From: Nostoc punctiforme PCC 73102
GTDB lineage: Bacteria > Cyanobacteriota > Cyanobacteriia > Cyanobacteriales > Nostocaceae
Assembly: GCF_000020025.1 (NCBI RefSeq)
Contig: NC_010628.1
Coordinates: 5,280,001-5,312,000 of the forward strand
Direction: 5' to 3'
DNA length: 32,000 bases
Below, piece by piece: positions 8,560 through 16,541 of this stretch. The translations under genes and the position numbers were made by a program. Within the stretch, counting starts at the first letter, position 1, and every line of letters begins with the position of its first letter. The notes below the pieces were generated by a model. It ran no database searches. It saw only the letters and a list, made by a program, of their open reading frames with translations, and was not told where the DNA came from.

Positions 8560-9025
8560 CTTCCAACTCCCTTCAATAGGCAAATGATTTATTGGGTAGC
8601 AAGCCATACCAATGACTACCCTATGCAGACATCAGAGTAGCCTTTAAATCAACATTTTTCACGCAGTGTAAATACTGAAATGATTGATATAGGACACTTA
8701 GATGGTACGAATTTTCCACAGTTATGTCCTTCTATTTTTCAGGTATAGTTTTCCCTTTGGGACGTACTAGTACTTTTGTACTAAAATAAATATACTTAAC
8801 CTCATCTCTTCTTGTCAAGATAATGCTTTATATAATTGCGGCACCCAACAAAGTATTAAAAGCCGACAATCATATTAATTTAGGAGGATGATGTTGAATG
8901 TGTTACTTTTTGTAAAGAAAATCTAAAAGAATTAACCCTAGCAGAAGCGCCGTCGCACTAAGGCGAGATAATAAGTTTAATCATGCTAATTGATACAAGC
9001 ACAGTCCCAGACTTTTGTGATATCA

Positions 9026-9778
9026 ATGTATACCACTGAATCGACCAAATACTCTGCCAGAACGGAAATTGGACAAACCAGCCGTATTCTAGTAGTAGAA
9101 GATGAAGAATTAATCCAGGAAATGCTAGCTGTAGCCCTGGAAGAAGAAGGTTACGGGGTGATAACTGCACCCGATGGGCGATCTGCTATAGAGTATCTCA
9201 AAAGTTTTGAAACCAACTCAGGGGAAGTTCCCTTTGATTTGATCATTCTTGATTTGATGCTGCCACAAATCAATGGGCTAGATATATGCCGTTTGCTGCG
9301 TCATCAAGGAAACCCAGTTCCGATTTTAATGCTCAGTGCTAAGGGTAGTGAAACTGACCGCGTTCTGGGGTTAGAGGTGGGAGCAGATGACTACCTGACC
9401 AAACCTTTTAGTATGCGCGAGTTAGTGGCTCGTTGCCGCGCTTTACTCCGCCGCCAACGCCTAAGTAATTTACCACAACTACCAGTATTAAAATTCAAAG
9501 ATGTTACTTTGAATCCTCAAGAATGTCGGGTGCTGGTTCGTGGTCAAGAGGTGAGCCTTTCACCTAAAGAGTTCCGCTTGCTGGAATTGTTTATGAGTTA
9601 TGCCCGGAGGGTATGGTCGCGGGAACAATTACTAGATCAGGTTTGGGGGCCAGATTTCGTTGGTGATAGTAAAACTGTAGACGTTCATATTCGCTGGTTG
9701 CGCGAAAAATTAGAGCAAGACCCCAGTCATCCCGAATATATTGTGACTGTACGAGGTTTTGGCTATAGGTTTGGATAA
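9026..9778 (+). CDS. OmpR/PhoB-family response regulator (SphR/PhoB-like by context)
   Basis: Receiver motifs ILVVEDEE..LIILDLMLPQINGL..MLSAKG..KPF. Winged-helix output motifs are LSPKEFRLLELFM..VDVHIRWLREKLE..IVTVRGFGYRF. The track start at 8990 is TTG. The first in-frame ATG is 9026, so the start is uncertain. Confidence 0.9.
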   Translation: MYTTESTKYSARTEIGQTSRILVVEDEELIQEMLAVALEEEGYGVITAPDGRSAIEYLKSFETNSGEVPFDLIILDLMLPQINGLDICRLLRHQGNPVPILMLSAKGSETDRVLGLEVGADDYLTKPFSMRELVARCRALLRRQRLSNLPQLPVLKFKDVTLNPQECRVLVRGQEVSLSPKEFRLLELFMSYARRVWSREQLLDQVWGPDFVGDSKTVDVHIRWLREKLEQDPSHPEYIVTVRGFGYRFG

Positions 9779-9831
9779 TTAGTTTAGATAGTTGTTAGTT
9801 TTTAGTAGTCACCAACAAACTAACAACTCAA

Positions 9832-11151
9832 ATGCTTTTATTGGGATTTTTTCTGGGTTTAGCAGTAGGCATTGGGTTTTGGATTTGGCAACAGGTTCAA
9901 CTTAACCGCTACCTGGGGCGCTTATTCCGACCGTTAACCTCGCATTCTTCCAAGAAGGGACTGCTGCTGATTCCTGGGTTATGGCAGGAAATAGCGATGG
10001 TGAAACAGCAACGCCAAGATTTGCAGCAATCATTGCAAACTTACCAAGACTTGCTAGATTTTGCACCAGTGGGATATTTGCAGGTAGATGAGGAAAATCA
10101 ACTGCTGTGGTGTAATCGGCAGGCGCAGGAAATTTTGTATCTGCAAAGGTGGCAACCAGAAGAAATACGTTTACTACTAGAGTTAGTACGGTCTTACGAA
10201 CTTGACCATTTAATTGAGCAAACTCGCGATCGCCAAAAACCACAGACGGGAGAATGGATATTTCATCCATCTTGTGATGATGCGGCAGAGATGCCAACAC
10301 TAAAATCTCTGGCTTTGCGGGCATCTAGTTTGCCTTTACCTAATGGACAAGTAGGAGTATTTTTAGAAAATCGTCAACCCCTATTAGATATAAATCAAGT
10401 ACGCGATCGCTCTTTTTCCGATTTAGCCCACGAACTCAGAACGCCCTTGACTTCGATTCGCTTGGTGGTGGAAACTTTACAAATTCGCTTGGAACCACCT
10501 CTAAATCGCTGGGTTAACCGTTTGATGCAGGAAGTCGATCGGCTGATTAACTTAGTGCAAAGCTGGTTAGACCTCACCCAAATGGAAGCAAACCCAACCA
10601 TGCAATTGCAAGCCAAAGCTGTAGAATTGCGATCGCTAATTACATCTGTTTGGGAAACACTAGAACCTCTAGCACAGCGCCACCATCTATCTCTTTCTTA
10701 TTCTGGCCCAGAAAATCTTTGGATTAAAGCAGATCAAGCCCGGATTTTTCAAGTTTTTCTCAACTTGCTAGACAACAGTATTAAATACAGTCCTCCTTCT
10801 ACAAGTATTCGTGTTGAAGCGAAAATCTTATCAACAAAAAATAATGATGCTACTTCTCCAATTCTAGAAATAAATCTTATTGATTCTGGAGTCGGGTTTT
10901 CTGAGGCAGATTTACCCCACGTTTTTGAGCGATTTTATCGAGGAGATAAGGCACGAACCCATTCTCCACAAGATAGTAACTCCATCGGGGCGATCGTTGG
11001 CAATGGATTAGGATTAGCGATCGTCGAGCAAATTCTGATCGCCCACGGTGGCTCAATCAAAGCTATGAACCATCCAGAGACCGGTGGTGCGTGGATGCAA
11101 CTTCAATTTCCTGAAGTTATGGCAAACTCCTTAAGCCAAGACTATAGTTAG
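9832..11151 (+). CDS. Sensor histidine kinase, PhoR/SphS-like (N-terminal hydrophobic segment, PAS-like region, HisKA, HATPase_c)
   Basis: 439 aa. N-terminus is MLLLGFFLGLAVGIGFWIW. H-box is FSDLAHELRTPLTSI. N/G boxes are LLDNSIKYSP, DSGVGF, GLGLAIV. It starts 53 nt after the regulator gene and is followed 28 nt later by phoU. Confidence 0.9.
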   Translation: MLLLGFFLGLAVGIGFWIWQQVQLNRYLGRLFRPLTSHSSKKGLLLIPGLWQEIAMVKQQRQDLQQSLQTYQDLLDFAPVGYLQVDEENQLLWCNRQAQEILYLQRWQPEEIRLLLELVRSYELDHLIEQTRDRQKPQTGEWIFHPSCDDAAEMPTLKSLALRASSLPLPNGQVGVFLENRQPLLDINQVRDRSFSDLAHELRTPLTSIRLVVETLQIRLEPPLNRWVNRLMQEVDRLINLVQSWLDLTQMEANPTMQLQAKAVELRSLITSVWETLEPLAQRHHLSLSYSGPENLWIKADQARIFQVFLNLLDNSIKYSPPSTSIRVEAKILSTKNNDATSPILEINLIDSGVGFSEADLPHVFERFYRGDKARTHSPQDSNSIGAIVGNGLGLAIVEQILIAHGGSIKAMNHPETGGAWMQLQFPEVMANSLSQDYS

Positions 11152-11179
11152 TAATATCTTCACCTTTAAGACAACAAGT

Positions 11180-11848
11180 GTGAAAGCTGTCCATTATGGT
11201 TCCAATCCTCAAAGACCCGAACTAGCACGCGCCATTAGGCGCTTAGAACGGGACGTATTACGCATGGGTGCTTTGGTAGAACAATCATTTCGCCTCAGCC
11301 ACCAAGCGTTATTTGCTCGTAACTTAACAGCAGCTGAGGAACTTCCTCTATTAGATAAAAAGATTGATCGCTTTTATCGTCAAATCGAATCAGACTGTAC
11401 GGCGATTATGACGCTGCAAGCGCCTACGGCTCAAGATTTGCGCTGCTTGAGTGCCTTTATGCAACTGGTGCGAGACTTAGAGCGCATTGGCGATTATGCT
11501 GAAGATTTAGCTGAGATTGCGATTAAAATTTTTCCTTATGCGCCTCATACGTGTTTATCTGAAATTGAAGCCATGTCCCTTCACGCGCAGGCAATGCTAG
11601 CAACTAGCTTGAAGGCTTTGGGAGATTTCGATGAAGGCGGTGGTCGACGTTTAAAGCACCTAGATGATACTGTAGACGATGCTTACGATCGCGTTTATCA
11701 AACTTTAGCCCAACAACGGGATGTACCTGGTGTAGTCGAGCCAATTGTGCTGCTAGCACTGGCAATTCGTTGTCTAGAACGGATGGCAGATCATGCAACT
11801 AATATCGGTCAGAGGGTGGCATATATTGTCACCGGTCAACGCTCTTAA
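11180..11848 (+). CDS. phoU: PhoU-family phosphate signalling modulator (SphU-like)
   Basis: 222 aa with a GTG start. Two PhoU repeats carry the characteristic acidic helices: VRDLERIGDYAEDLAEIA and IRCLERMADHATNIGQRVAYIVTG. Confidence 0.88.
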   Translation: MKAVHYGSNPQRPELARAIRRLERDVLRMGALVEQSFRLSHQALFARNLTAAEELPLLDKKIDRFYRQIESDCTAIMTLQAPTAQDLRCLSAFMQLVRDLERIGDYAEDLAEIAIKIFPYAPHTCLSEIEAMSLHAQAMLATSLKALGDFDEGGGRRLKHLDDTVDDAYDRVYQTLAQQRDVPGVVEPIVLLALAIRCLERMADHATNIGQRVAYIVTGQRS

Positions 11849-12370
11849 TTGACGGTTCATGAGTCCATAGAGTCCATAGGCTAAAGCCACTACCCATAGC
11901 TTCCCGATAAATTGGGTGGATTTTGACTTTGGTTCCCCTCTGCTTTCTAAGGCTATCCATTAACCGGATCTGTCTTAACATTTGCCAGAGCGATCGCTCT
12001 TGTTTTTCTAACCCTCATTACTTCGCCGTTAATTCTCAATAAAAACACAGTTCTAGCAAGAATATTAAGCGCAAATTTGTCAAGTATGCCTAACACCTAA
12101 GTCTCTGAGATACTTACAAAAGAAGGGTTAAAAGATTACAAAAAAAGACGTGGGTAACGCATAGCTTTTTAAGTGCAGAACTGTCTTAGCCTACAAGGAT
12201 TTTGCATAACGAGTACTGAATAACGATAAAATATTGGGCTTTTATAGTTGGTAAATTATAGGTATTAAATTTTAATTGTTACCATTAAAATTAGCGAGAA
12301 TAATTATAAATCTATATGAACAGTTAGAAAAATTATTTACTGTTTAATTATAAAAATAGTAGCTTCTGAT

Positions 12371-13813
12371 TCAATTTTTCATCGGCTTTTTTAGAGCTTG
12401 GATATCACGTACAAGCCAAAATATAATTACTGCTAGAGTTGGTACAACCGTTAAAAAATCGCACAGTCGAATACCTCGTAATAGATAGTTAAAAACAGTA
12501 CTGCTAATACAGAAGACGATGGTAGTAATCACGAATCTTTTTGAATTAGAATCTATGTTTAAAGCTACGACTGCCAACAGCACAGAGGAATACCAAGAGC
12601 AATACCAAGGAGCAGCAAACAAAAATAATATTAAGGTAATCCATCCTATATTTATAGTAAAAGTAGTTTCAGAATACTTTTTTTTCAAAAATGGTTTTAC
12701 CAGAATAATCAAGTAAGAAACTACAAATATAGAAAAGATTATAGGTTTTAATGTTGAGAATACGGTTTCTTGAAAAGTTGCAGGAAGGTTTAGAATGTTC
12801 AAACTTAGTACATTCTTAATAAAACCATATAATGAACCACCTACTCTGTCTTTAACGCCAGGATTGAAAAGGCTTGTCCAAGCATCGACTGAAGGTAAAG
12901 CTATCAGAGAAGTTGCAAAAATTATAGCTACAGAGATAAAAATAGCACTAAATAGAATTTTCCAACGTTGTTGCTTAATCAAATAAACAAAAATTAGGGG
13001 CAACCAAACAATTGGTAATGTTTTAATTAGAAAACCAATCCAAGCTGTAACAATCGCAGCTATATAATTATAGTTTTTAAGGCATATTATTAAAATAATT
13101 AAAATGGTAGAAATTAAAACATCTATATGGGCATTCGTAATCTGCTCGTACACAAGTAATGGGCTAAGTAAATATGCAATTGTTACATTAGCTTTATGAG
13201 GAGAGTTTTTTAAATGCCCCCAAATTAAGTAGCTATTTAATATATGGAATAAAAGACAGATTAATTTAAATGCATAAATTCCTAAACTAGGAGTAATTGC
13301 AACGAAAAGACCGGAAAACATAAAAAATAGTTGAGATATAGGCCCATAAGTAGAAGTCTGTTTCCAAATAAGAAATGGAGACAATTCTGAGGTAAATGCG
13401 CTTGCAGGATTCAGAAAAGGGTTAATTCCATTTAAATACATCAAACCATAATGTACATACAAATTTATATCAGTAGTTATTGGATAACCTGCAAAGGCAA
13501 TTAACAGAAAAAATGAACTATTCTTTAAAATTTTTATAAAGGTTATATCTTTTTTGTTATTTCTGTTTATTATTAGCCAAGCAATATATATAATATTTAA
13601 ACAAATGAATTCTATACCCGTTCTTATTTGGTCAAAGGGGTTAGGAAAATCAGGTAAATATCGACCAGTGGAATTACCTAAAGCCTCAAGATAAAAAGAA
13701 TAAGCTCTAATTGCTAATTCTCCACATAATAGTAATGAAAAGAATATGGCTAAACTTAATAATATTTTGTTTTTCTTAGTATTAGATAAATTGTTTGCGT
13801 TTAGTAGAAACAT
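12371..13813 (-). CDS. Polytopic integral membrane protein, GT-C-like (DUF2029/PimE- or ArnT-style polyprenyl-phosphate-sugar-dependent glycosyltransferase candidate)
   Basis: 480 aa with at least 10 predicted hydrophobic spans. It is rich in F/I/L/N/K/Y as expected of very AT-rich DNA. It contains loop motifs such as TSTYGPISQLFF. The family call rests on architecture plus the neighbouring GT2-GtrA gene, not on an alignment. Confidence 0.6.
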   Translation of the reverse strand: MFLLNANNLSNTKKNKILLSLAIFFSLLLCGELAIRAYSFYLEALGNSTGRYLPDFPNPFDQIRTGIEFICLNIIYIAWLIINRNNKKDITFIKILKNSSFFLLIAFAGYPITTDINLYVHYGLMYLNGINPFLNPASAFTSELSPFLIWKQTSTYGPISQLFFMFSGLFVAITPSLGIYAFKLICLLFHILNSYLIWGHLKNSPHKANVTIAYLLSPLLVYEQITNAHIDVLISTILIILIICLKNYNYIAAIVTAWIGFLIKTLPIVWLPLIFVYLIKQQRWKILFSAIFISVAIIFATSLIALPSVDAWTSLFNPGVKDRVGGSLYGFIKNVLSLNILNLPATFQETVFSTLKPIIFSIFVVSYLIILVKPFLKKKYSETTFTINIGWITLILFLFAAPWYCSWYSSVLLAVVALNIDSNSKRFVITTIVFCISSTVFNYLLRGIRLCDFLTVVPTLAVIIFWLVRDIQALKKPMKN

Positions 13814-14163
13814 AAAAAATCCATCATTAACAATATAAAATGCTTTAGAACAGGTATTTAAACCCTAACTTAAACTGAAGTTATGTGTTGACTTTGCGGG
13901 TATTAAACACTTCAAACCATCAAATTTTCCCTTGTATTATAATTATAAATAATGATATTTGTTTGCCATTGAAGAATTTTATGCAATTAAATGCATGTAA
14001 ACTCAATAGTACTATAAAGTTACATAGGAAACTTGAACATCTTCATGATTACTTGCAAAACTCAAAAAAATAATATAGCAATCATAAATCATTCATGAGA
14101 TGTATAGCAATTTTAAACCATTCCTGATAAAATACAATACTGAAAAAGCAACTAAAGTCATGT

Positions 14164-14440
14164 TTGCGACTAAGTACAGGGTGTGTCATGTGGATAAAAT
14201 CAATAACAAAGTTTATTGAAAGCAGCCAAGATAATGGTGATATTAAACGAGCAAATGCAGTTAATATGCCACTCTGTGGATACAGTTATGGGGCAATAAT
14301 GCCAATATTGGGTATTTCGAGTTGTTTCATCAGTAAATGGAAAAAATCATTTTTTCAAATGGGACTGAAGGTTTAAAGCTTGCACGTAAAGGAAGTTATG
14401 GACTTCTGAATATATAAAACGTGCAGAGATAATAGACAAG
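14164..14440 (+). pseudogene. Decayed N-terminal (HTH) fragment of an IS630-family-type transposase
   Basis: The 70-aa ORF reads ..IKRANAVNMPLCGYSYGAIMPILGISSCFISKWKKSF... The homology continues only after a frameshift (TEGLKLARKGSYGLL) and past stop codons (KRAEII). This pattern matches the conserved N-terminus of cyanobacterial IS630-like transposases as I remember it. No DDE domain follows. Confidence 0.5.
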
Positions 14441-14599
14441 GGTTTTAAACCCACCTCCGTTCATAAGGCAGGAGGCAGATATCAAACTTTTCAGAACATC
14501 TAAACTGTAACAAAAAACTTTGGCTAACCAGGTTCAGTCAATAAAGCGCGCAGATGTTCAACTCTATTTCCTTTAGTCTTTACAGATAAATGTGAAATT

Positions 14600-15847
14600 A
14601 TGAAGACAAACTCATCCAACTCGCTGTTAGCAGTACCAACAGGCCCACTAAAGATTTCAGAGTTGCCCCCTAATAATGTGGGTACAAGTGGTGAATCTAT
14701 CCATTTATCTCTAGTAATTCCCACTTATAAAGAGCGTGACAACATCCAAAATGTGGTCAGTATATTGAGTCAGTTACTGGATGAATCAATTCCAGGAAAC
14801 TATGAACTAATTGTGGTAGACGATGATAGCCCAGACCGAACTTGGGAGATAGCACAATCCCTGACAACAGAATACCCTCAATTGCGGGTGATGCGACGAG
14901 AACAAGAACGGGGGCTGTCTTCGGCAGTGATTCGTGGGTGGCAAGCAGCTACGGGAAGTGTGTTAGGGGTGATTGATGGAGATTTGCAGCATCCGCCAGA
15001 GGTGCTGATGCAACTTTTGCGTAGTGTTGAGCAGGGAGCGGATTTGGCAGTAGCTAGTCGTCATGTTGAAGGAGGCGGTGTTAGTAGCTGGAGTGTTGTC
15101 AGGCGTTTATTGTCTCGTGGCGCTCAATTATTAGGCTTGGTTATTTTACCGGGAGTACTGGGCAGAGTTTCTGACCCTATGAGTGGTTATTTTATGGTGC
15201 GCCGAAGTGCGATCGCTAATGCAACACTCAATCCAGTGGGATACAAAATTCTCTTAGAAGTAATTGGCCGGGGAAAGGTAGATGAAGTTGCCGAAGTTGG
15301 ATATGTATTTTGTGAACGCAAAGAGGGTGAAAGCAAAGTTACATGGAAACAATACATAGATTACATTCACCATTTAGTAAGGTTACGGCTAACCGGAGGT
15401 AATAAAAAACAAAAACTTACTCAACAAACGGGTTTCCCCATTGGCCGATTTATCCGCTTTGGCTTAGTAGGACTGAGTGGGGTATTTGTGGATATGACAA
15501 TTCTTTATTTACTCAGCGATCCCACTACCTTGGCTTGGCCTCTAACACGCAGCAAAATTATGGCTGGTGAAATTGCGATTTTAAATAATTTTTTGTGGAA
15601 TGACGCTTGGACATTTGCTGATGTCAGCGCTAGACAGCAAGAATGGCATCAACGCCTAAAGCGGTTTTTGAAGTTCAACGCTATTTGCCTGGCTGGATTG
15701 GTATTGAATGTACTGGTATTAAATTTGGTATTCAATTTTCTTATTCCTAACCGTTATATTGCCAACTTTATTGCGATCGCAGTTGCTACTATCTGGAATT
15801 TCTGGATTAATTTGAAACTTAGCTGGCGCGTCACCGAAGTAAAATAA
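14600..15847 (+). CDS. GT2 polyprenyl-phosphate glycosyltransferase (Dpm1/Ppm1-like) fused to a C-terminal GtrA-like 4-TM domain
   Basis: 415 aa. GT-A motifs are LSLVIPTYKERDNI, ELIVVDDDSPDRT and VIDGDLQHPP. The C-terminal part is FIRFGLVGLSGVFVDMTILYLL..WNFWINLKLSWR, typical of GtrA-family domains. Confidence 0.85.
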   Translation: MKTNSSNSLLAVPTGPLKISELPPNNVGTSGESIHLSLVIPTYKERDNIQNVVSILSQLLDESIPGNYELIVVDDDSPDRTWEIAQSLTTEYPQLRVMRREQERGLSSAVIRGWQAATGSVLGVIDGDLQHPPEVLMQLLRSVEQGADLAVASRHVEGGGVSSWSVVRRLLSRGAQLLGLVILPGVLGRVSDPMSGYFMVRRSAIANATLNPVGYKILLEVIGRGKVDEVAEVGYVFCERKEGESKVTWKQYIDYIHHLVRLRLTGGNKKQKLTQQTGFPIGRFIRFGLVGLSGVFVDMTILYLLSDPTTLAWPLTRSKIMAGEIAILNNFLWNDAWTFADVSARQQEWHQRLKRFLKFNAICLAGLVLNVLVLNLVFNFLIPNRYIANFIAIAVATIWNFWINLKLSWRVTEVK

Positions 15848-15944
15848 TCACAACGAGATTTTGATTTTTGCCTTTAGAACGAACTTAAATTTCAGGATAA
15901 AGGTAATATTGTAGTAAAAAACGATACCTAGTAGCTAAAGTTAT

Positions 15945-15968
15945 CCCCTTTTGACAAGCCAAAAGGGG
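15945..15968 (+). terminator. Small hairpin CCCCTTTT-gacaagcc-AAAAGGGG downstream of the GT2-GtrA gene
   Basis: Exact 8-bp stem read directly, about 100 nt after the stop at 15847. It lacks a following T-run. Confidence 0.35.
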
Positions 15969-16187
15969 AAAATTGCGCGCTTATATATTGAAGGAGTGTA
16001 GTAGACCTAATTTACACTGGTTCTAAGAAACTTGATGAGGCAGTTTCTTACTTTGTTTCCTATTCTTTGCACTGCGTAGCCTAAACCCAAGCTTATTGGC
16101 TTATGAAAACGGGAAATTAGAAATCTTTTTCTCTCCCTAATACACACTTACGGTGTATACACAAGTCTTAAAGACTTAGCTTAATGC

Positions 16188-16240
16188 GGTTTCGCTCGTT
16201 CCCATACGGAGTATAGGAGCGAGAGAAACCCACTTTTTTT
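16188..16240 (+). terminator. Strong Rho-independent terminator with no annotated gene immediately upstream
   Basis: GGTTTCGCTCGTTCC..loop..GGAGCGAGAGAAACC forms a stem of about 15 bp with one mismatch. It is followed by CAC then TTTTTTT (16234-16240). The T-run is present only on the + strand. Confidence 0.6.
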
Positions 16241-16541
16241 GGTTGGAAACTTGCTCAATAAAAATAATTTAACTAAATATTTTACTAAAAGCTTACCTAT
16301 TCTTAAACTTGCACAACTAAAGTAGCAGATAAACAACTGAAAAGAATGAGTATCTATATAACTCATAGATACTTAAAACAAGAAGTTGTTTCAATGAAAA
16401 GATTTTGAGTTAGTCTCTAGCTCTCATGGCTAAAAATACACGTAATTAAATACACAGGTGGATTTTGTTTTATACAAATTATTAGAGTTTCTTAATCATT
16501 TTAAATATCGAGATTCCCTGATAATTATGTAGTTACGGTTA

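Noticed and set aside
8795-8824. Possible Pho box upstream of the response regulator (perfect CTTAACCT at 8795-8802 followed at 11-nt spacing by CTCTTCTT and AAGATAAT)
   Set aside because: Only the first 8-mer matches the PyTTAAPyPy(T/A) consensus. The second and third repeats are poor (about 5/8 or worse), so a functional three-repeat Pho box is not supported.
8958-9170. ORF 8958-9170 (-) overlapping the response-regulator start
   Set aside because: It is antisense to a well-supported receiver domain and has no motif content.
9902-11798. Antisense ORFs 9902-10324, 10395-10616 and 11604-11798
   Set aside because: They lie inside the kinase and phoU genes on the opposite strand and have no recognisable features.
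11861-11878. Direct 9-nt duplication GAGTCCATA GAGTCCATA just after the phoU stop
   Set aside because: There are only two units with no flanking structure, so this is most likely a trivial slippage duplication.
12519-14073. ORFs 12519-12716, 12795-12986 (antisense to the GT-C gene) and 13885-14073
   Set aside because: In very AT-rich DNA these are short chance ORFs. The first two are antisense to a 480-aa membrane protein, and the third lies in its promoter region with no SD.
14524-14724. ORF 14524-14724 (-) overlapping the start of the GT2-GtrA gene
   Set aside because: It is antisense to the well-supported glycosyltransferase start region.
16181-16366. ORF 16181-16366 (-)
   Set aside because: Its 3' end runs through the strong + strand terminator hairpin. 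The translation is an F/L/K-rich AT-driven sequence with no SD.
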